Positions 1-13,500 of a stretch of 64,000 nt of DNA are shown piece after piece. The stretch's first letter is position 1. Each line of letters opens with the position of its first letter. The stretch is from Cyanophora paradoxa CCMP329 (Eukaryota > Plantae > Glaucophyta), in the NCBI GenBank assembly GCA_004431415.1, contig QPMI01000066.1:1-64000 (forward strand). Direction: 5' to 3'. The notes below the pieces were generated by a model that saw only the letters and a list, made by a program, of their open reading frames with translations, did not search any database and was not told the origin of the DNA. The position numbers and the translations under genes are program-made.

Positions 1-1130
1 CCCCTCATCACCGCCGCGGGATTCAACGTCGGCGTCCTCTGCATCGCGTGCGCGCATACCCCTCGACTTCCGCCCCCCCCCCCGACCCCCGGGGGGTACA
101 GGGACATGCAGCCCCGGGAGCTGAGCGCGGGGGACCGCGAGGTCCTCGCCAAGTACGCCGCCCAGGTCGTCCACGAGATGGAGCTCCGGTGCCCCCCCTT
201 GCCCCTCCCTTTTCCGTACCCCCTCCCTGTTTTTCCGACGCCGTACCCCCCGCAGGCTTGTGGCGAGGGAGCTCGACCGCAGGAGGGCCGAGCAGGAGGC
301 GAGGGCCCGGCGTGCTGGTTTCGCGCGCTCCTGCCGCGCTGAGGGGTACGCGTTTCTGTCCTCAGGTGCTGACGGCGCTCTCGCGGCGGGCGATGGAGCC
401 TGGCCTGGAGCCCGGGGCGATGGCCTCGGCCGCTGCCGCCGCCCTCCGCAGCCTCGTACCCCTCTGCGTTGACTACGTCGAGGTGGGTGTACCCCCTTCT
501 CCTCTCTTTCGGGCCCCCGCTGAGAAAGCGGACCCCGCAGGTATCGATCCGGGACCCCGAGGCCCCCGACGGGCGCTGGGCGGCCCGCGCCGCGGAGCAC
601 GCGCCCGAACTCAGCGCAGAGGCGCGCCGTATCCCCCCTCTTTCCGCCTCGTACCCCGCCCTGACTTCTTCCCCCCGCCCAGGACACGCTGCGGTCCCTC
701 GCGGAGGCGGCGGCCGAGCACGGGCGGCGCTGCGCGGAGCCGAACCCGGATCCCCGGGACGCCGCCGACGAGTTCTTCCCGGGGTGCGGGCCGGGCCTGG
801 CCGCCCGCCTGCGGGGCCTCGGGATCGTCCGGGGCGCCGCCCTCCCCGTCTTCGCCCCGGCCCCGGCCCCGGCGCCGGCCCCGGCCCCGGCTGTGGCGCC
901 CTCCTCGAATCCCCGGAAGCGCCCAGCTTCGGATATGGACGGGACCGGGCCCCACCGCCCCGTCTACGCGGTCCTCTCCGTCTACGCGGGGCGGAAGGCC
1001 GCGGGGGACCCAACATCGACGCCGCCCTCGGCGTGCGCGCTGCCGTCGAACAGCAGTCGGGCCTGGACGCCCCACGAGCGCGAGTTCCTCGACGCCGTCG
1101 GCACCCTCCTCGCTTCCTACTGCGGTCCGC

Positions 1131-1163
<33 letters not shown>

Positions 1164-4100
1164 CCCCGTCCTTCCCTTCTCTCACACATCCTTTCCCTCC
1201 GCAGAGCGGTGGGCGGCGGGTGTGCGCCTGCGGGCACTGGTGGCGGAGGCCGAGCGGCAGGCGGCCGCCCAGGCCGAGCTCACCCGCCAGCTCCGGGTAC
1301 GTTAAATTATTGAACCGAAAAGAAGCCGCCCGCCCTCGGTCCTGCTGAGCCGCTCCCCGTGCCTCGCAGGCAAAGGCAGAGGCGGAGCGGCGGCTCCTCC
1401 ACGCCTTCGACGGCCTCGTGCGCGCATTTGCAGTGCTGCGCAGTGCCTGCGGGCGGCTGTGCCGTGCCGGGGCAAGAGAGCAGCGGGGCCTGGACGGAGT
1501 GCGAGCCAGCTAGGATATAGCGGCGGCTTCCATCCCCCCAGGAGCCTCCCTCCTCCTTCTCTCAATAGAGCGGCGGGGCCTGGACGGAGTGCTAGCTATC
1601 CTCCATCTCTCTGGGGGCGGCGGCCTCATCTTTATCTGAGGCGGGGCGCGCAGACGGGCGTGGCGGTGGTGCTGGCCGACCCGGGCGGCCTCGTCGCCTA
1701 CGCCAACCGGTGCGCTTTGGCGCGGCGCGGGGCCGGCTGGGGCGGGGGGGGCCGGGTCGGGGAGCGCCGGCGGGGCGGGGCGGGGGGAGGGCCGGGGGTA
1801 CTTCTCTGGGAGGGGCTGGTACGTTAACGGGCCCGGGGCGGAACGGGCCCGGGGCGGGGCGGGCCGGAAAACCAGGAGAGAGAACAAGAACGCGCTTAAA
1901 CGTCACCGCAACGCGACTTCGCAACGCTGACGGGCCGGCCGCGTGCGCAGGAGCCTGGCGGGGGTCGTGGGGTGGGCCCCCGAGGAGGTGGTCGGCGCCC
2001 GCGCCGTCGACTTCCTCCTACCCCCTTCGGAGGTTTCGGCTTCCGGCCCGGCCCCGCTGGTCCGTCCGTCCCTCTGCCCGCCCCCGCCCCCGCTCCCCCT
2101 CGCCCCGCCTCGCCTCGCCCCGCTTCGTCCTTCTTCTGTTTGACGCCTGTTCTTCCGGTCTCGTTCAGGGCCTGCTGGGGCCGGGCGGGGCGAGGCGGGA
2201 GGAGGTCGCCGCCATCGAGGCCGCCCTACGGGTATGCGGCTCCGCGCCCCCCCCCCCCCCCCCCTCCTCCCCCCTCCCCCCGCGACCCGCGCCCTCTTCC
2301 CGAGCCGCCGCTAAATTTAGATTTTTCGCAGGTCCGGGGCCGGTACGAGGGGGAGATCCTCGCGTACCGGCGGGACGGCTCCACCTTCTGGGCGTGCGCC
2401 CCGTACCCCCCCTCCTCCTTCCCCCCCCTCCCCCCCCAAGCCCGACCCCGGTTCCCCAGGGGCGTGGTCCTGAGCGCGCTGGCGGGCCCGGGGGGAGGAG
2501 CCCCCGAGAGCTACTGCCTGCTCCTCCGCGGTGCGCTGTACCCCCCTTCCCTTCTTCCCCCCCCCCCCTTAACGTGCGGCCGGCAGACGCTACGGCGCGG
2601 AAGGAGCAGGAGGAGGAGCTGCGGAGGGCGAAGCGGGAGGCCGAGGCCGCCGCCGAGGCCAAGACCGCCTGTCCGCTCCCGTACCCCTCCCCACCGTTAA
2701 AACCCCCGCCGACCCCTCCGACCCTTCTTTCCGTTCGCCGCAGTCGTCTCCAACTGCTCGCACGAGATCCGTGCGCCCTCCCTCCTTCCCTCCCCTCCCT
2801 CCTACCCTCGCCCTCCTTATCCGTCCGCCAGGCACGCCGCTGCACGGGATCGTGGCCTCGTGCGGCCTGCTCCTGGACGAGCCGGACTCGACCCTCACCG
2901 CCGAGCAGCGGGTCCGGCCGCCCCCGCCCGCCCCCTTCTTCTTCTTCCTAGCGCAGCCCAGCCCAGCTCTTGCCCGGCTGCACGATTCGTCTAGTGTCGC
3001 TCACTCTAGCTCTATAAGCCTATCTCTAGCCCGCTCGCTCCTTGTCTCCGCCCATCCCGTCCTCTGCGTTGCTCACGTCGCTCACCTGAGAGCAGGACAT
3101 CGCGGACACGATCCGGCAGTGCTCGGAGACGCTCCTCACGCTGGTGCGCACGGCGCCCTACCCCGCGTCCGAGCCCAGCCTTCGACACGCGAGCCGTGCC
3201 GAGCCGAGCTGAGGGTGCCCCGCCCCGCGCCTGCCGCATTAGATCAACGACATCCTGGACTGGTCCAAGCTGAACGCCCACAAGGTGCGCCGGGGGCGCC
3301 CGTCCGTCCTCCGCCCCAGCGCCGGCCCCACCGCGGCGCCCTTCAACAGCGACGGCGGGGGCCCGGGGCGTGCTCAGTGCTCACCCTCGGCTTGGCGCAG
3401 GTGGCGATCCGGCCGGCGCCCTTCGACCTGTGGCGCACCCTCGCCACGTCCATGGAGGTCCCCCTTCCCCCTCCGGAGCCTTCCTCGGGCCTCCTCCGGC
3501 CTTGGGTCGACCCCTTGCGCGCAGGTCCTGGCGCCCCGCACGGGCCCCGCCCTCGACCTTGCCTTCTGCGTCGACCCGTCCGCCCCGCCCCGCCCCCTTC
3601 AGGCCCTTCACTCGACTGTCTTCTTACGCGCTTGCTTGCTTGCTTGCTTCCATCGCGCAGGGCCGTGCCCCGCTTCCTCGTCGCCGACGACTCCCGCATC
3701 CGCCAGGCCCGCCCCGCCCCGCCCCGCCCCGCCCCGCCCCGCCCCGCCCCGCGGCCCCTGTCCCGTGCCTCCCCCAACTAACTACTAACGCCGCCGCAGG
3801 TCCTCATCAACCTCATCGGCAACGCGCGCCCCGCCCCGCCCCGCCCCGCCCCGCCCCGCCTTCGACGAACCTTCGGCGCGCGCAGGGCCTGAAGTTCACG
3901 GAGAGGGGCCACGTCCTCCTCCGTGTCTCCTGCCGCCGCCTCCTCCAGCCCGCCGCCCCCGACGTGCGCCCGGCCTGTCGTCGGGTCGCGGCCGGTTTCG
4001 ACGGCGGCGCAGGGCGCGGGCGCGGAGCCGGGGCCGGGGGCGGGCGGGGCGGCGGGGCCCCCCTTCCTGCCGGGGGAGCGCCTGGTCGTCCAGTTCGATG

Positions 4101-6258
4101 TGGAGGACACGGGTGCGCGCGCCCCGCGGGCCCGCCCCGCCCCGCCCCCCTCCCGCTCGCTCGAGCCCGCGCAGGCGTGGGCATCGCCGAGGAGTCCTGC
4201 ACGAAGCTCTTCGAGCCGTTCTTCCAGGCGCGCCCGTGCCCCCCCGCCCCGGCCCCGCCCCGCCCCAAGGGCCGAGCAGCCGAGCAGCTGACCCGCTCAG
4301 CTGACCCAGATCGACGGGTCGTTCACGCGGCGGCACCAGCAGGGCACCGGCCTCGGGCTCTCCATCTCGAGGGAGCTGGCGGCCTGCATGGGCGGCGGCA
4401 TCTCCCTCGCCTCCCAGGTGCTTGCTCCCCCCCCTTTCCGCTTTGTGAAGAATGAATCTTCGTCCCTGGGCTGACGGCCGGCCTCGGCTCGCCTCGGGGG
4501 GCAGGCGGGGCGCGGGAGCACGTTCACGTTCACGCTGGAGGCGGAGGTCAGCGCCCCGCCGCCCGAGCGCCCCGGCGGCGACTCCCTCGCCGCCTCCGCC
4601 CCGCTCCTCGCCGGCCGGTGCGCTCGCTCCGCCATCACGGGTCCCCCTTCTCCTCCCCTTGCCCTCGCTAACGAACGCCGCTCCGCTCCGCCCTGCTCGA
4701 AGGCGGCTGCTGGTGGTGGACGGGGCGCCGGCGAACTGCGCGATGGCAGAGTCCGTCGCCCGCGGCCTCCGCGCCGACTGCCGGTGCCGCGCCCGCCCCG
4801 CCCCGCCCCGCCCCGCCAGTCTAGATCAATCCACTCTATCTAGCGTAGAACCGACCGTCTGATCTTCCGTCCGCGCGCACAGGGCGGTCGCGACGCTGGC
4901 AGAGGCCGTGGCGGAGGCGGAGCGGCAGCGCCCGGAGGCCGCCCTCGTCGCCTCGGCCGCCGCCGCCGCCGACCCCGCCTCCTTCGCCCGACTGCAGGCC
5001 CGCCGCGCCCGCCCGCCCGCCCGTCTGATCCGTCTGATCTGATTTGATCCGCTCGCTTGCTCGTTCGCAGGAGATGCGGGTGCCGGTGGCGCTGGTCACG
5101 ACGCCCTCGCAGAGCGCGCAGGGCCCGCCGCGCCCCGCCGCCGGCGCCCCCGGCGGCCCCGCCCCCCTCGTCGTCCACCGGCCCGTCACCCACTTCAAGG
5201 TCAGATCTGATCTGATCTGATCCGACCTGATCCGATCCGGGCCGGTCTGATCTGACCCCGGCCGCCCGGCAGCTCGCCTCGGCGGCGGCGGCGCTCGTCT
5301 CGTCGGCGCTGGGGGCGTCGGTCCCTGCGAGCCCCTCGCTGGCGCCGGCGGCGGGGGCGTCCCCCTGCCCCCCGCTGGGCCTCGACCCCGCCGCCCCGCG
5401 CCTCTCCGTCCTCGTCGCCGAGGACAACCGTACGTCGGTACCCCCCCCCTCTTCTCCCCCCTCCCCCTGACCTCCCCGGGCAGCGGTGAACCAGCGGGTG
5501 GCGAAGAAGCTGCTGAGCATCCTCGGCTGCGACGCCGACATCGCCGCCGACGGTGAAGCCTCCCCTCCTGCTGAGCCTCGGCCGCTCACTAAGAGCCGGC
5601 GCCGCGGCCCTCCCTCGCGCAGGCGTGGAGGCGGTCGCGAAGTGCGAGGCGCGCGAGTACGACGTCGTCCTCATGGGTCCGCCCGCCCCGCCCAGCTTAG
5701 ATAGCCCCGCCCCGCCCCGCCCGCCCCTGAGCGAACATTCGCCTCAGACCTCATGATGCCCCGCATGAGCGGCCTGGTCCGTCCCACCCTGATCCTGATC
5801 CCTCTCGAGCGGGCTCACGGGCGCGGCAGGAGGCGTGCGGGCGGATCCTGTCGAGCGGGGCGGTGCGGCGGAAGCCGGCGGTGGTCGCCCTCACCGCCAA
5901 CGTCGAACGCGAGGTCATAGAGCAGTGCAAGGCCCGCCCCGTAGCCCCGCCCCTCCCCGCCCCGGGGCCCCTCCCCGGGGCCCCTCCCCGGGGCCCCCGC
6001 GGCCCGTCCCCTAGAGACCGACGCCCGGCACGGCGAGCACGGCGCGGGTCTCTGCTGACTGATTGCGGGGGGGCGCAGGCGGCGGGGATGCGCCTCTGCA
6101 TCGCCAAGCCCTTCCAGAAGAGGTCCGCTCGCCCGCCCGCCCGGCCGCCCGCGCCCGCGCCTAGGGCCGCCCCTGACGCCGGCCTGCCCTCCGCGCGCCC
6201 TCCGCCCCGCAGCGACCTCGTCTCCGTCCTCAGCCTCGTCGCCTCCGGCCGCCTCTGA
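1..6258 (+). CDS. Hybrid sensor histidine kinase (GAF, GAF-like, PAS/PAC, HisKA, HATPase, pseudo-receiver, receiver); multi-exon, 5' end outside window
   Basis: Spliced exons give: GAF end PLITAAGFNVGVLCIA/DMQPRELSAGDREVLAKYAAQVVHEMELR; second GAF-like helix WTPHEREFLDAVGTLL; PAS VVLADPGGLVAYAN/GWAPEEVVG/YRRDGSTFW; H-box AKTAFVSNCSHEIRTPLHGI; N-box QVLINLIGNGLKFTERG; G-boxes DVEDTGVGI and GTGLGLSIS..MGG..GSTFTF; receiver VLVAEDN..YDVVLMDLMMPRMSG..VVALTA..IAKPF. Stop TGA 6256-6258. Confidence 0.93.
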
Positions 6259-6668
6259 CCGCGACTTGCCCCCGTCGCCAGCCTTGCTTCTTTCTTTCTT
6301 TCTCTCCTTGAAACTTGCTTGCGGCGGCACTCGGTTCCGGTCCGACTGTCATCTGCGGCTGGCCCAGTGGTGCCTCGCCGCTTGACTAGGTTTTTCTGAC
6401 GAACTTCTCCTTTTCCTCTTCGGTGTCAGCTTCTAATAGCTTCTGTGCCACGCGCACGTTGCGAACCTCGCAGCTTCAGGCTTGCGACTGCAATTTTCAA
6501 GTTTTGTAGAACAGCAGCTAGAGATTCAATGAATCCCGGCCCTCTGATTCCCGGGTCCTTTTCAAGTTTCAACCGTGAACACGTTTTGAGACCGAATTAA
6601 GCCTATAGCTATAGCTAGCTTATAGAATTCGAAATTGGCTTCCGAAGTTCGAGCATCGGATCAATTTA

Positions 6669-8730
6669 CTAGGGGCCCGGCCGCGTTTTGGCGCGCCGGG
6701 GGTGCAAGGGGGGAACCGGGATCTAATGAAAGAGTCGTAGTGGCACGGACATGCACGGGGCAGATCTAGATCGACCCCGGCCCAGCGCGCGCGGCAGGTT
6801 GAAGTGTAAAGGTACACACAGAGTTATATGATTGAAAAAAAGATTGTATAAAGGCCAGATTCAGCGCACTGTATATGAAAGATTGTTCTGGAGGCCTACT
6901 GCTCACCCTGAACAGCTGGCGAAAAGATGATGGTGCTGTCTGCAGAGGGCTCGCCGTAAACATAGGCGATCCAAGCCTTCTGGAGGGGGTCGGGGCGGAA
7001 GTCGAACATGGGGGTGAGCGGCAGCCAGCGGCGCCGGTCCTGAAGAGAGCCGTCCTGCGAGAGCATGGTGAGGCGGCCCGCCGCCTCGAGCGCCCGCAGA
7101 GCCACGCGGCTGGCGCGCTGCTCGCTCCCGCCGCGCATCTGGTAGACAAGGTCTTGAATTTCGATATCCGCGAGGCCGGCGTCACGGAGGCGCTTGAGGA
7201 CTCCCATGTGGAAGACTGCGCACGCACTCCTAGCCTCCAGGGTTCGCAGCGACGCCAAACGGCGGTTGAAATGTAATCTGGGGGGGACCCTAGTCGCGTG
7301 CTGATATCAGTATGTTTTACTGGATTGCAGAGCCGGCAATAGTGCACTTGAGAGTAAAACCGAGAGCCAGGAATTCCGCCTGCGGAGACGTTTGCTTCAA
7401 GTTGAGGACGACCCTGCAAGCCGCTTTATGAGAAACGTTGTGTAAACACAGCGTGCATGCATGCAACCGACGTTGCTTGGGACGCCGCACCCGTAATTTG
7501 CTTTCATGACGTCGACTGCGGACGTGCCGGTAGAGATGTTTGCGCCTACAGAAATGATTGCGCGCCGCGGCTGGGCAAAGAAGGCAAAGCCCGCCGTTGC
7601 AAGCCCCAGTGCTGCAACGCTCTACTACTAGGCTAACTGTATGCTCTCGCCTTCAACGATGCCTTCAGGCAGCTCTGCAGCAGCTTTGCGCCCTCGTCGC
7701 ATGTTAGCTTTCTCTTGTTGGCTGCTGAGGCGCTTTCTCTTGCCGAAGCTCAGTTCACGCCCGGATTCTCGCGATCGTGCACGCAATGATCTCGCTTACT
7801 CACTGTTCACGCGCTGCAGCTGCACACGCGCCGCTCTTTGTTATTCGCAACTCGAACGCTCGCGATCGGTTTGCCGCTGATGCGCTCGCAAGAGCTGGCC
7901 AGCTCGCAAGACCGCCCGGCGCGAAGGGACAGCGGCCGGGGCGCCAACGTTAACGAGGTCGGCGCAGCGATGCGGCTGCGAGCAGAGGCTGGATCGCGAG
8001 GAAAAGCTACGCGGTACGGGCCAATATTTAATCCGGCCCACGGGCTGCGCGTGCTTCGGTGCACATGCCATGATGCTGCGGTGCAAGCTTGATGCAGTCA
8101 AAAGTAGATCAGGCGGCACGGGTACCGTGTGGCGTACGCGGCGCACTGCGAGGAAGTGGAAATCCAGAGGAGATCGAGCAAGACAGCTAGGGAGAATTTT
8201 TAAGTAATTCCGTGCGGCGTACGCGGCGCAGTGCGAGGAAGTGGAAATCTAGAGGAGATCGAGCAAGACAGCTAGGGAGAAGTGGTTCCATGCAGAACCG
8301 CGCAACGAAGAGCAAGGCGTACGCGACGCACTGCGAGGAAGCCGAAATCTACAGGAGACAGCTAGCTATAGGGAGAACTGGTTCCATGTAGAACCGCGGA
8401 AGGAATTCGAAGACCGGAATGAGAGAGAAGTTGGTTTCCAGGCTTCAAGTCGAGGAAAACTGGTCTTCGCTAGAACCGCGGAAGGAATTCGAAGATCGGA
8501 ATGAGAGAGAAGTTGGTTTCCAGGCTTCAAGTCAAGGAAAACTGGTCTTCGCCCTCGAAAACCTTTTTTTGCATGGACGGCCGCAGCGACAAACACGTGT
8601 CGCTGCAACCGAATTTCGGCCCATTTTTTTCCCGCGTTGCAAACTGGACCTCGAAAACGGCCTCATAGAAGAATTTTGGCTGAAGCGAGGGAACGGGAAG
8701 CAAGGGGGTCCCCTTCCCCCCTTGCAATAA
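6669..8730 (-). mobile_element. Non-autonomous Helitron/Helitron2-like element, copy 1
   Basis: Reverse-complement homology to 22407-23620 at both ends. On the minus strand it ends in a GC hairpin (ccggcgcg-ccaaaa-cgcggccgg) followed by CTAG|T. Its 5' end TTATTGCAAGGGGGG forms a hairpin and matches a subterminal TTCCCCCCTTGC. It has internal tandem repeats. Confidence 0.7.
8147..8553. repeat. Tandem repeats inside Helitron-like copy 1 (degenerate ~70-bp unit, then 2x ~82-bp unit)
   Basis: gcgtacgcggcgca..gcgaggaagtggaaatc is repeated. tagaaccgcggaaggaattcgaaga..aaaactggtcttcgc starts at 8389 and again at 8471. Confidence 0.85.
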
Positions 8731-8915
8731 TTTGTTTTTCAACGGTAGTGCTGCGACAGCCCAACGAATTCGAAAGCTGCGCGCGCGCGCGCATGCATAT
8801 GCGACAGCCTGCGAGCCTGCGACGTCGACTCATCGATACGAGGCTGCGCGCATCATGGCATGCGAGCCTGCATGCATGCGCAGTTGCATACTACGGTCTA
8901 GACTCTAGATCTGCG

Positions 8916-10161
8916 TGAGCTCCGTGTCATCTGATCCGGCGCCACCCGACCTTTCTCCTACTTCGCTGCCCTCTCTTCGGCGCCGGCAGCGATCCCCGTC
9001 ACCTGCTCGCGGCCCTTCCCCTGCCTCCGACCCTTCCTCGGCCCCCTCCTCGCCTCTTCCGTCTCGTCGGCCCCCGCCGCATTCCCGTCGGCGGATCTCT
9101 CGATCGACCCTGGACTCTCCGCCTGCCACTGTCTGCGGGGTACCTCCGCCGCCGTGTTCGGCGCCGGCTGTCAGTACTTTGCTCGGTAGCTCCCCCGTTG
9201 TGGCTCCTCGGGGGCCTCTTCGTCGTCGTCGTTCGCTGGGTTCCGGCTCCGGGTCAGATTTCTCGCCGGGCTTACCTTCTCCTGGCTCTGCTCCTGGGCC
9301 CTCAGCTCCGGGACCGGCTTCCCCGATCTCCTCCCGGACCGGACTCGTGGTCGTACCCGTCGCCGGCTTGCCGAGCCTGCGGCTCCTTCTCCTTCCCCCC
9401 GGCAGTTTGCCGGGCCGGACCCTCCGGCCTTTGTTCTTGATACCGGACTGCCGCCTTTGCCTTCGTCTTCTGCTTCGCTGGTCGCGATCGTATCCCGCCG
9501 GCGCCGGCGTACTTCTTCGTCTTCTAGTTTAGTTCGGTCTGGTTCGGATTCTGATCGTAGTGTTGATGCTCGAGTTAGTTTCAATACTAGCTATAGTCCT
9601 CGTGCTCGACCTGTTGTTCGCCGTCGTTTGCAGTTCGATATCGATTGCCCGCCTCGACCCCGGCCGGCTTTAGTGATTCCTTTGAATGTCCTTTTGCCTG
9701 CTCTTGATCCGCCTGCTCCGCCTCCTGTGTCCTCCTCGACCTCGTGCCGTAGCTCTGCCCTTTCGCATCGTCCTGCTTCGCCTCCGCCTCCATGTCGTCT
9801 TGTTGTTCCTCTTACTTGTCTTCTTCCTGTTATTTATCTTTCTCAATTTTGTCCCCCGCTTCTTAGTGATGTAATTCCTTCTGATATTGATGGTATCTCT
9901 AGCTCTGGCTTTTCTTCGTGTCAGTTATCCTCTGTCCCTACATCTGCTCGATTTATCGTCTCGAGCTCTTCTCGCTATCGATCTGTCTCGAGCTCTGTGT
10001 CTTTCCTTTTTTATTGTCGATTTTGGCTCTTTGTCTTATCTTTCTTCGTGCTCTTGTCTTAGTTATTTTGCTTTTTTGTCTTTATGCCCCCTGGGCAGCC
10101 CCCGCAGTGCTGGTGTCTACCACTGTCTAGAGACTGTGGCCGGTAATTCACCAAAAAAAAA
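8916..10161 (+). mobile_element. Poly(A)-tailed retro-insertion (5'-truncated non-LTR/retrocopy-like) with 10-bp target-site duplication
   Basis: TAGATCTGCG occurs at 8906-8915 and 10162-10171. An A9 tail lies at 10153-10161, directly before the second copy. The interior is pyrimidine-rich and compositionally distinct, with no recognisable RT motifs. Confidence 0.75.
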
Positions 10162-10573
10162 TAGATCTGCGATCAAATTCGCTTTCTGCATCATGATCAT
10201 ATATAGTATGCAATGCTATGCATGCGTATATATACGTAGCGTAGGTAGGGTACGTCACCGCGCGCAGCCTTATATATTAGGACCCGGACCAATCCGCGTC
10301 GACCCGGGGCCGACGGGGGCCCATTCTGGGCTGGGGTACACGTCACGGTTGCGTGTCGTGGAGGCTCGGCGAGGCCTGACTGTCGCATCTGCAAGGGCAG
10401 GGTTCAGCGCAGCAGCACGGCAGCCGTTCTCGCCGCTCAGCCGGAGGTTTGCCCGCGGCTGCAGCGTCATGGGCCCGGTCGAAACGTCTTCGCGCGGTCT
10501 GCGTGGATTTGTCGAGGGCTGAAGTCTACGGGACCTCTCGTAGGACCGCAGCAACGGACCACAAGCTCGCGAG

Positions 10574-13500
10574 ATGGCGTCCCAGCTCAACGGCCCCGCA
10601 GACGACGCTCAAGGCGGGCCTCCGCGGCTCGCCGATCCGGCGCTTGCTGGCTACGCCCCTGCACCTCGCCGGGAGAGCACGCTGCCCCGTCGTAGCGACG
10701 CAACGCGCCCGAAGCAGGCGTTCGTGCCGCCCGCGACTATAGACGACAAACTGGGCATCCCGCCATATCGGGCCTTGTTCGTCTTGAAGCCACGCTCGTG
10801 GATCCGGATTCAATGCGCCAGACTGCTGCGCTCCCCGTGCGCAAGGCCCCCGCGTCGGGCTCAGGGTTCGCGGGTGACGCCGCCCGCAGACTCTACAGCA
10901 TCCTGAACTTGGCGGCCGTGACGATCGTGTGCGCAAACATCGCCTCGATGGGAGAAGGTCCGGTCTGGAACGGCCTTGAGATCGCTGTGGTGCGCTGCCG
11001 CTGCGCCGCACGCTGCGACCGCCCGTCGCCTTACCGGCCGCCTGCACGTGAGCGCAGACGGTGTACTTCACGATCGAGGTACCGCCTCTCGCCGCGCCGC
11101 TCCCGCCGCGCCGCCCCTGACCGGTTCGGCCCCCGTAGTGCATCGTCAAGATCCTGAAGCTCGGTGCGCCGTACCGTGCGGCTCCCTCACCGACTCCGGT
11201 CGAGCGGCGGCCGCTCGCGCAGGCTTCGTGCTACACAAGGGCAGTTACTTACGCAGCCCGTGGAATGTTCTCGAGCTCGTCGTCACCATCCTCGGTTGGC
11301 TCTCCCTCGTCGCCTCGGTACCCCACTCCCGGCCCCCGCTCGTCCCCGCCCGCCCCCGCCGGCCCGCCGACGCGCCCCCAGCTCAACAATTTCACTTCCC
11401 TCCGAACCCTCCGAGTCCTCCGCACTCTCAAGTCCATCTCGGCCCTCAAGAGTGCGACCCCCCCCCCCCCTCCCCCACCCCCGCGCGTACCCCCACGGCC
11501 GCACCTCACGCCCGCCGCCGCGCAGCCGTCCGCCTCTTCACCGATGCCGTCCTCGCCGCCATCCCCATGCTCCTCCAGGCGCGCCCCTGTACCCAGCCCG
11601 CCCCCGCCGCGCCACGCTCGGCCCCAGGCGCGAGCGCGTACCCCACGCGCAGTGCGGAATCCAGATCATCTTCTTCTTCGTACTATTCGGCATCGTGGGG
11701 ACGTCCGTGTTCTCCGCCGCGCTGCGGTTCCGGGCCGTGGACGCCCTGACAGGTACCCCCCACCCACCCCGCCCCCTTCGCTTCCCGCGGCCCCGGCGAG
11801 CGCCCAGCAGGCACGGTGCCGATGGGGCAAGACGTGGAGGCTCCGCTGTTCCTCTGCGGGGACCCGCTGCCTCCCGCGCGCAACCCGGGGCCCGGCCTCA
11901 TCTGCGTACCCTGGGACAACCCCTCCTACGGCTACACCAGGCGCCTTCCCTTCCCTTCCCGCGGCCGCTTCGTTCGCTTCGACGTTCTAACGAAAGCCGC
12001 GGACAGCTTCGACAACATCCTGTGGGTCTGGCTGCTGCTCTGGCAGTGCCTGACCATGTCCCAGTGGACGTGGTTCATGTGCGCGCGTCCCCCCGCCCCT
12101 CCCCCTGCCTGGACCCGGGGTACAGGACTAGACCGAGCCCGGGGTACAGGTACTGGACCTGGGATTCGATGGGCGCCGGCACCATCCTCTACTTCTGGGC
12201 GGTGCGCCGTTTTCCTTTAGAGGGGAAAAGGGGCCCCGCCGGGATTCGAGCCGGCGCCCGCCCGCTCAGGTGATCCTCTTCGGGTCGTTCGCGATCGTCA
12301 ACCTGACGCTGGCGGTCGTCAACGACACTTACGTCGGGCTCCTCGAGAAGGTCCGGGGGGGGGGGTACCGGCCCTTCCGGGGGGTACGTGGCGCTGAGAC
12401 GCCGGCGGCCGCCGCGCAGGAGAAGGACGTGGAGCCGGAGCCGCGGGATATAATCCTCTCACGTAGGGGATCCCAAGTCACCACCCGCGTGGGGCGGGTG
12501 CGCCCCTGCCCCCGCCCCCGCCCCCGCCCCCGCCCCCGGCCCCGCCCGCCTAACAGGTCTTCCTCTTTTTTTCCTGCTCTTCTGCTCCCCCCAGGCGATC
12601 CACGCGACGCACTTCTGGCTCTGGGCCCGCTGGAACGCCATGTCCAAGTGGGTCCGGGTCCGGTGCGCGCCTCGCTTCGCAGCAGAGCTGAGCGGAGCGG
12701 AGCAAAGCTGAGCGGAGCTGAGCCGAGCGGCGGGGCTGACGCCGAGGACCCCCGCGCAGGGCGCACAAGCCCCTTAAGGACCTGAAGGGCCCGCGGGCGC
12801 GCGTGGAGACGATGCTCGGCAGCTCGCCGTACCGCTTCGTCGTGGACGCCTCCACCTGGTTCGGGGTCATCCTCCTCGTGCGCCCCCCCCCCCCCCCCCC
12901 CCCCCTCGTCCACCACCCCCTACCCCTCTCTTATCTCTACCCTTCTCAGGTGTGCTACTACCCGGACATGCCGGAGGGGAGCCGGCACGCGGTGGAGTGG
13001 CTCAACGTCGCCTGCGTCGTCTTCTACGCCTTCGACGCCCTCCTCCGGGTGCGTGCGAAGCGGCGGGGCGGGGCGGGCCCAAACGGGGCGGGCCCAAATC
13101 ACCCCCTCATCACCCCCCTCGTCTCCCCCTCACGGGGCGGGGCGCCCCTCTCACCCCCTCATCACCCCCCTCATCCCCTGCGGCGGCGGGGGGGCGGGGG
13201 GGCGGCGGGGCGGCGGGGCGGGGCGGGGCTGGACTGCCCTCCCGGCCGAAGCGGGGCGGGCCCAAACGGGGCGGGGCCGGCCGGGGCGGGGCGCCCTTCC
13301 CAACCCCTCCCTTCTCATTCTCCCCCTAAACACCGGGCCTGCCTGCACCTCGATTGAGGGCGCCCCTCCTACCCCCTCCTCACCCCCCTCGCCCCCCTCG
13401 CCCTCCCTCCCCCCAGGTATACGCGCGGGGCATTCTGCGCTGCTACATCCACTCCATGTCCGACTCCATCGACGTCACTGTCGCCATCCTCGGCATCATA

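Noticed and set aside
1-2600. Kinase as a phytochrome or LOV photoreceptor
   Set aside because: No bilin-binding DIP/CH motifs and no NCRFLQ are visible in the part within the window.
8915-10062. S/P/R-rich ORFs as host genes
   Set aside because: They lie inside the TSD-bounded insertion, lack a true ATG start context and have no recognisable domain.
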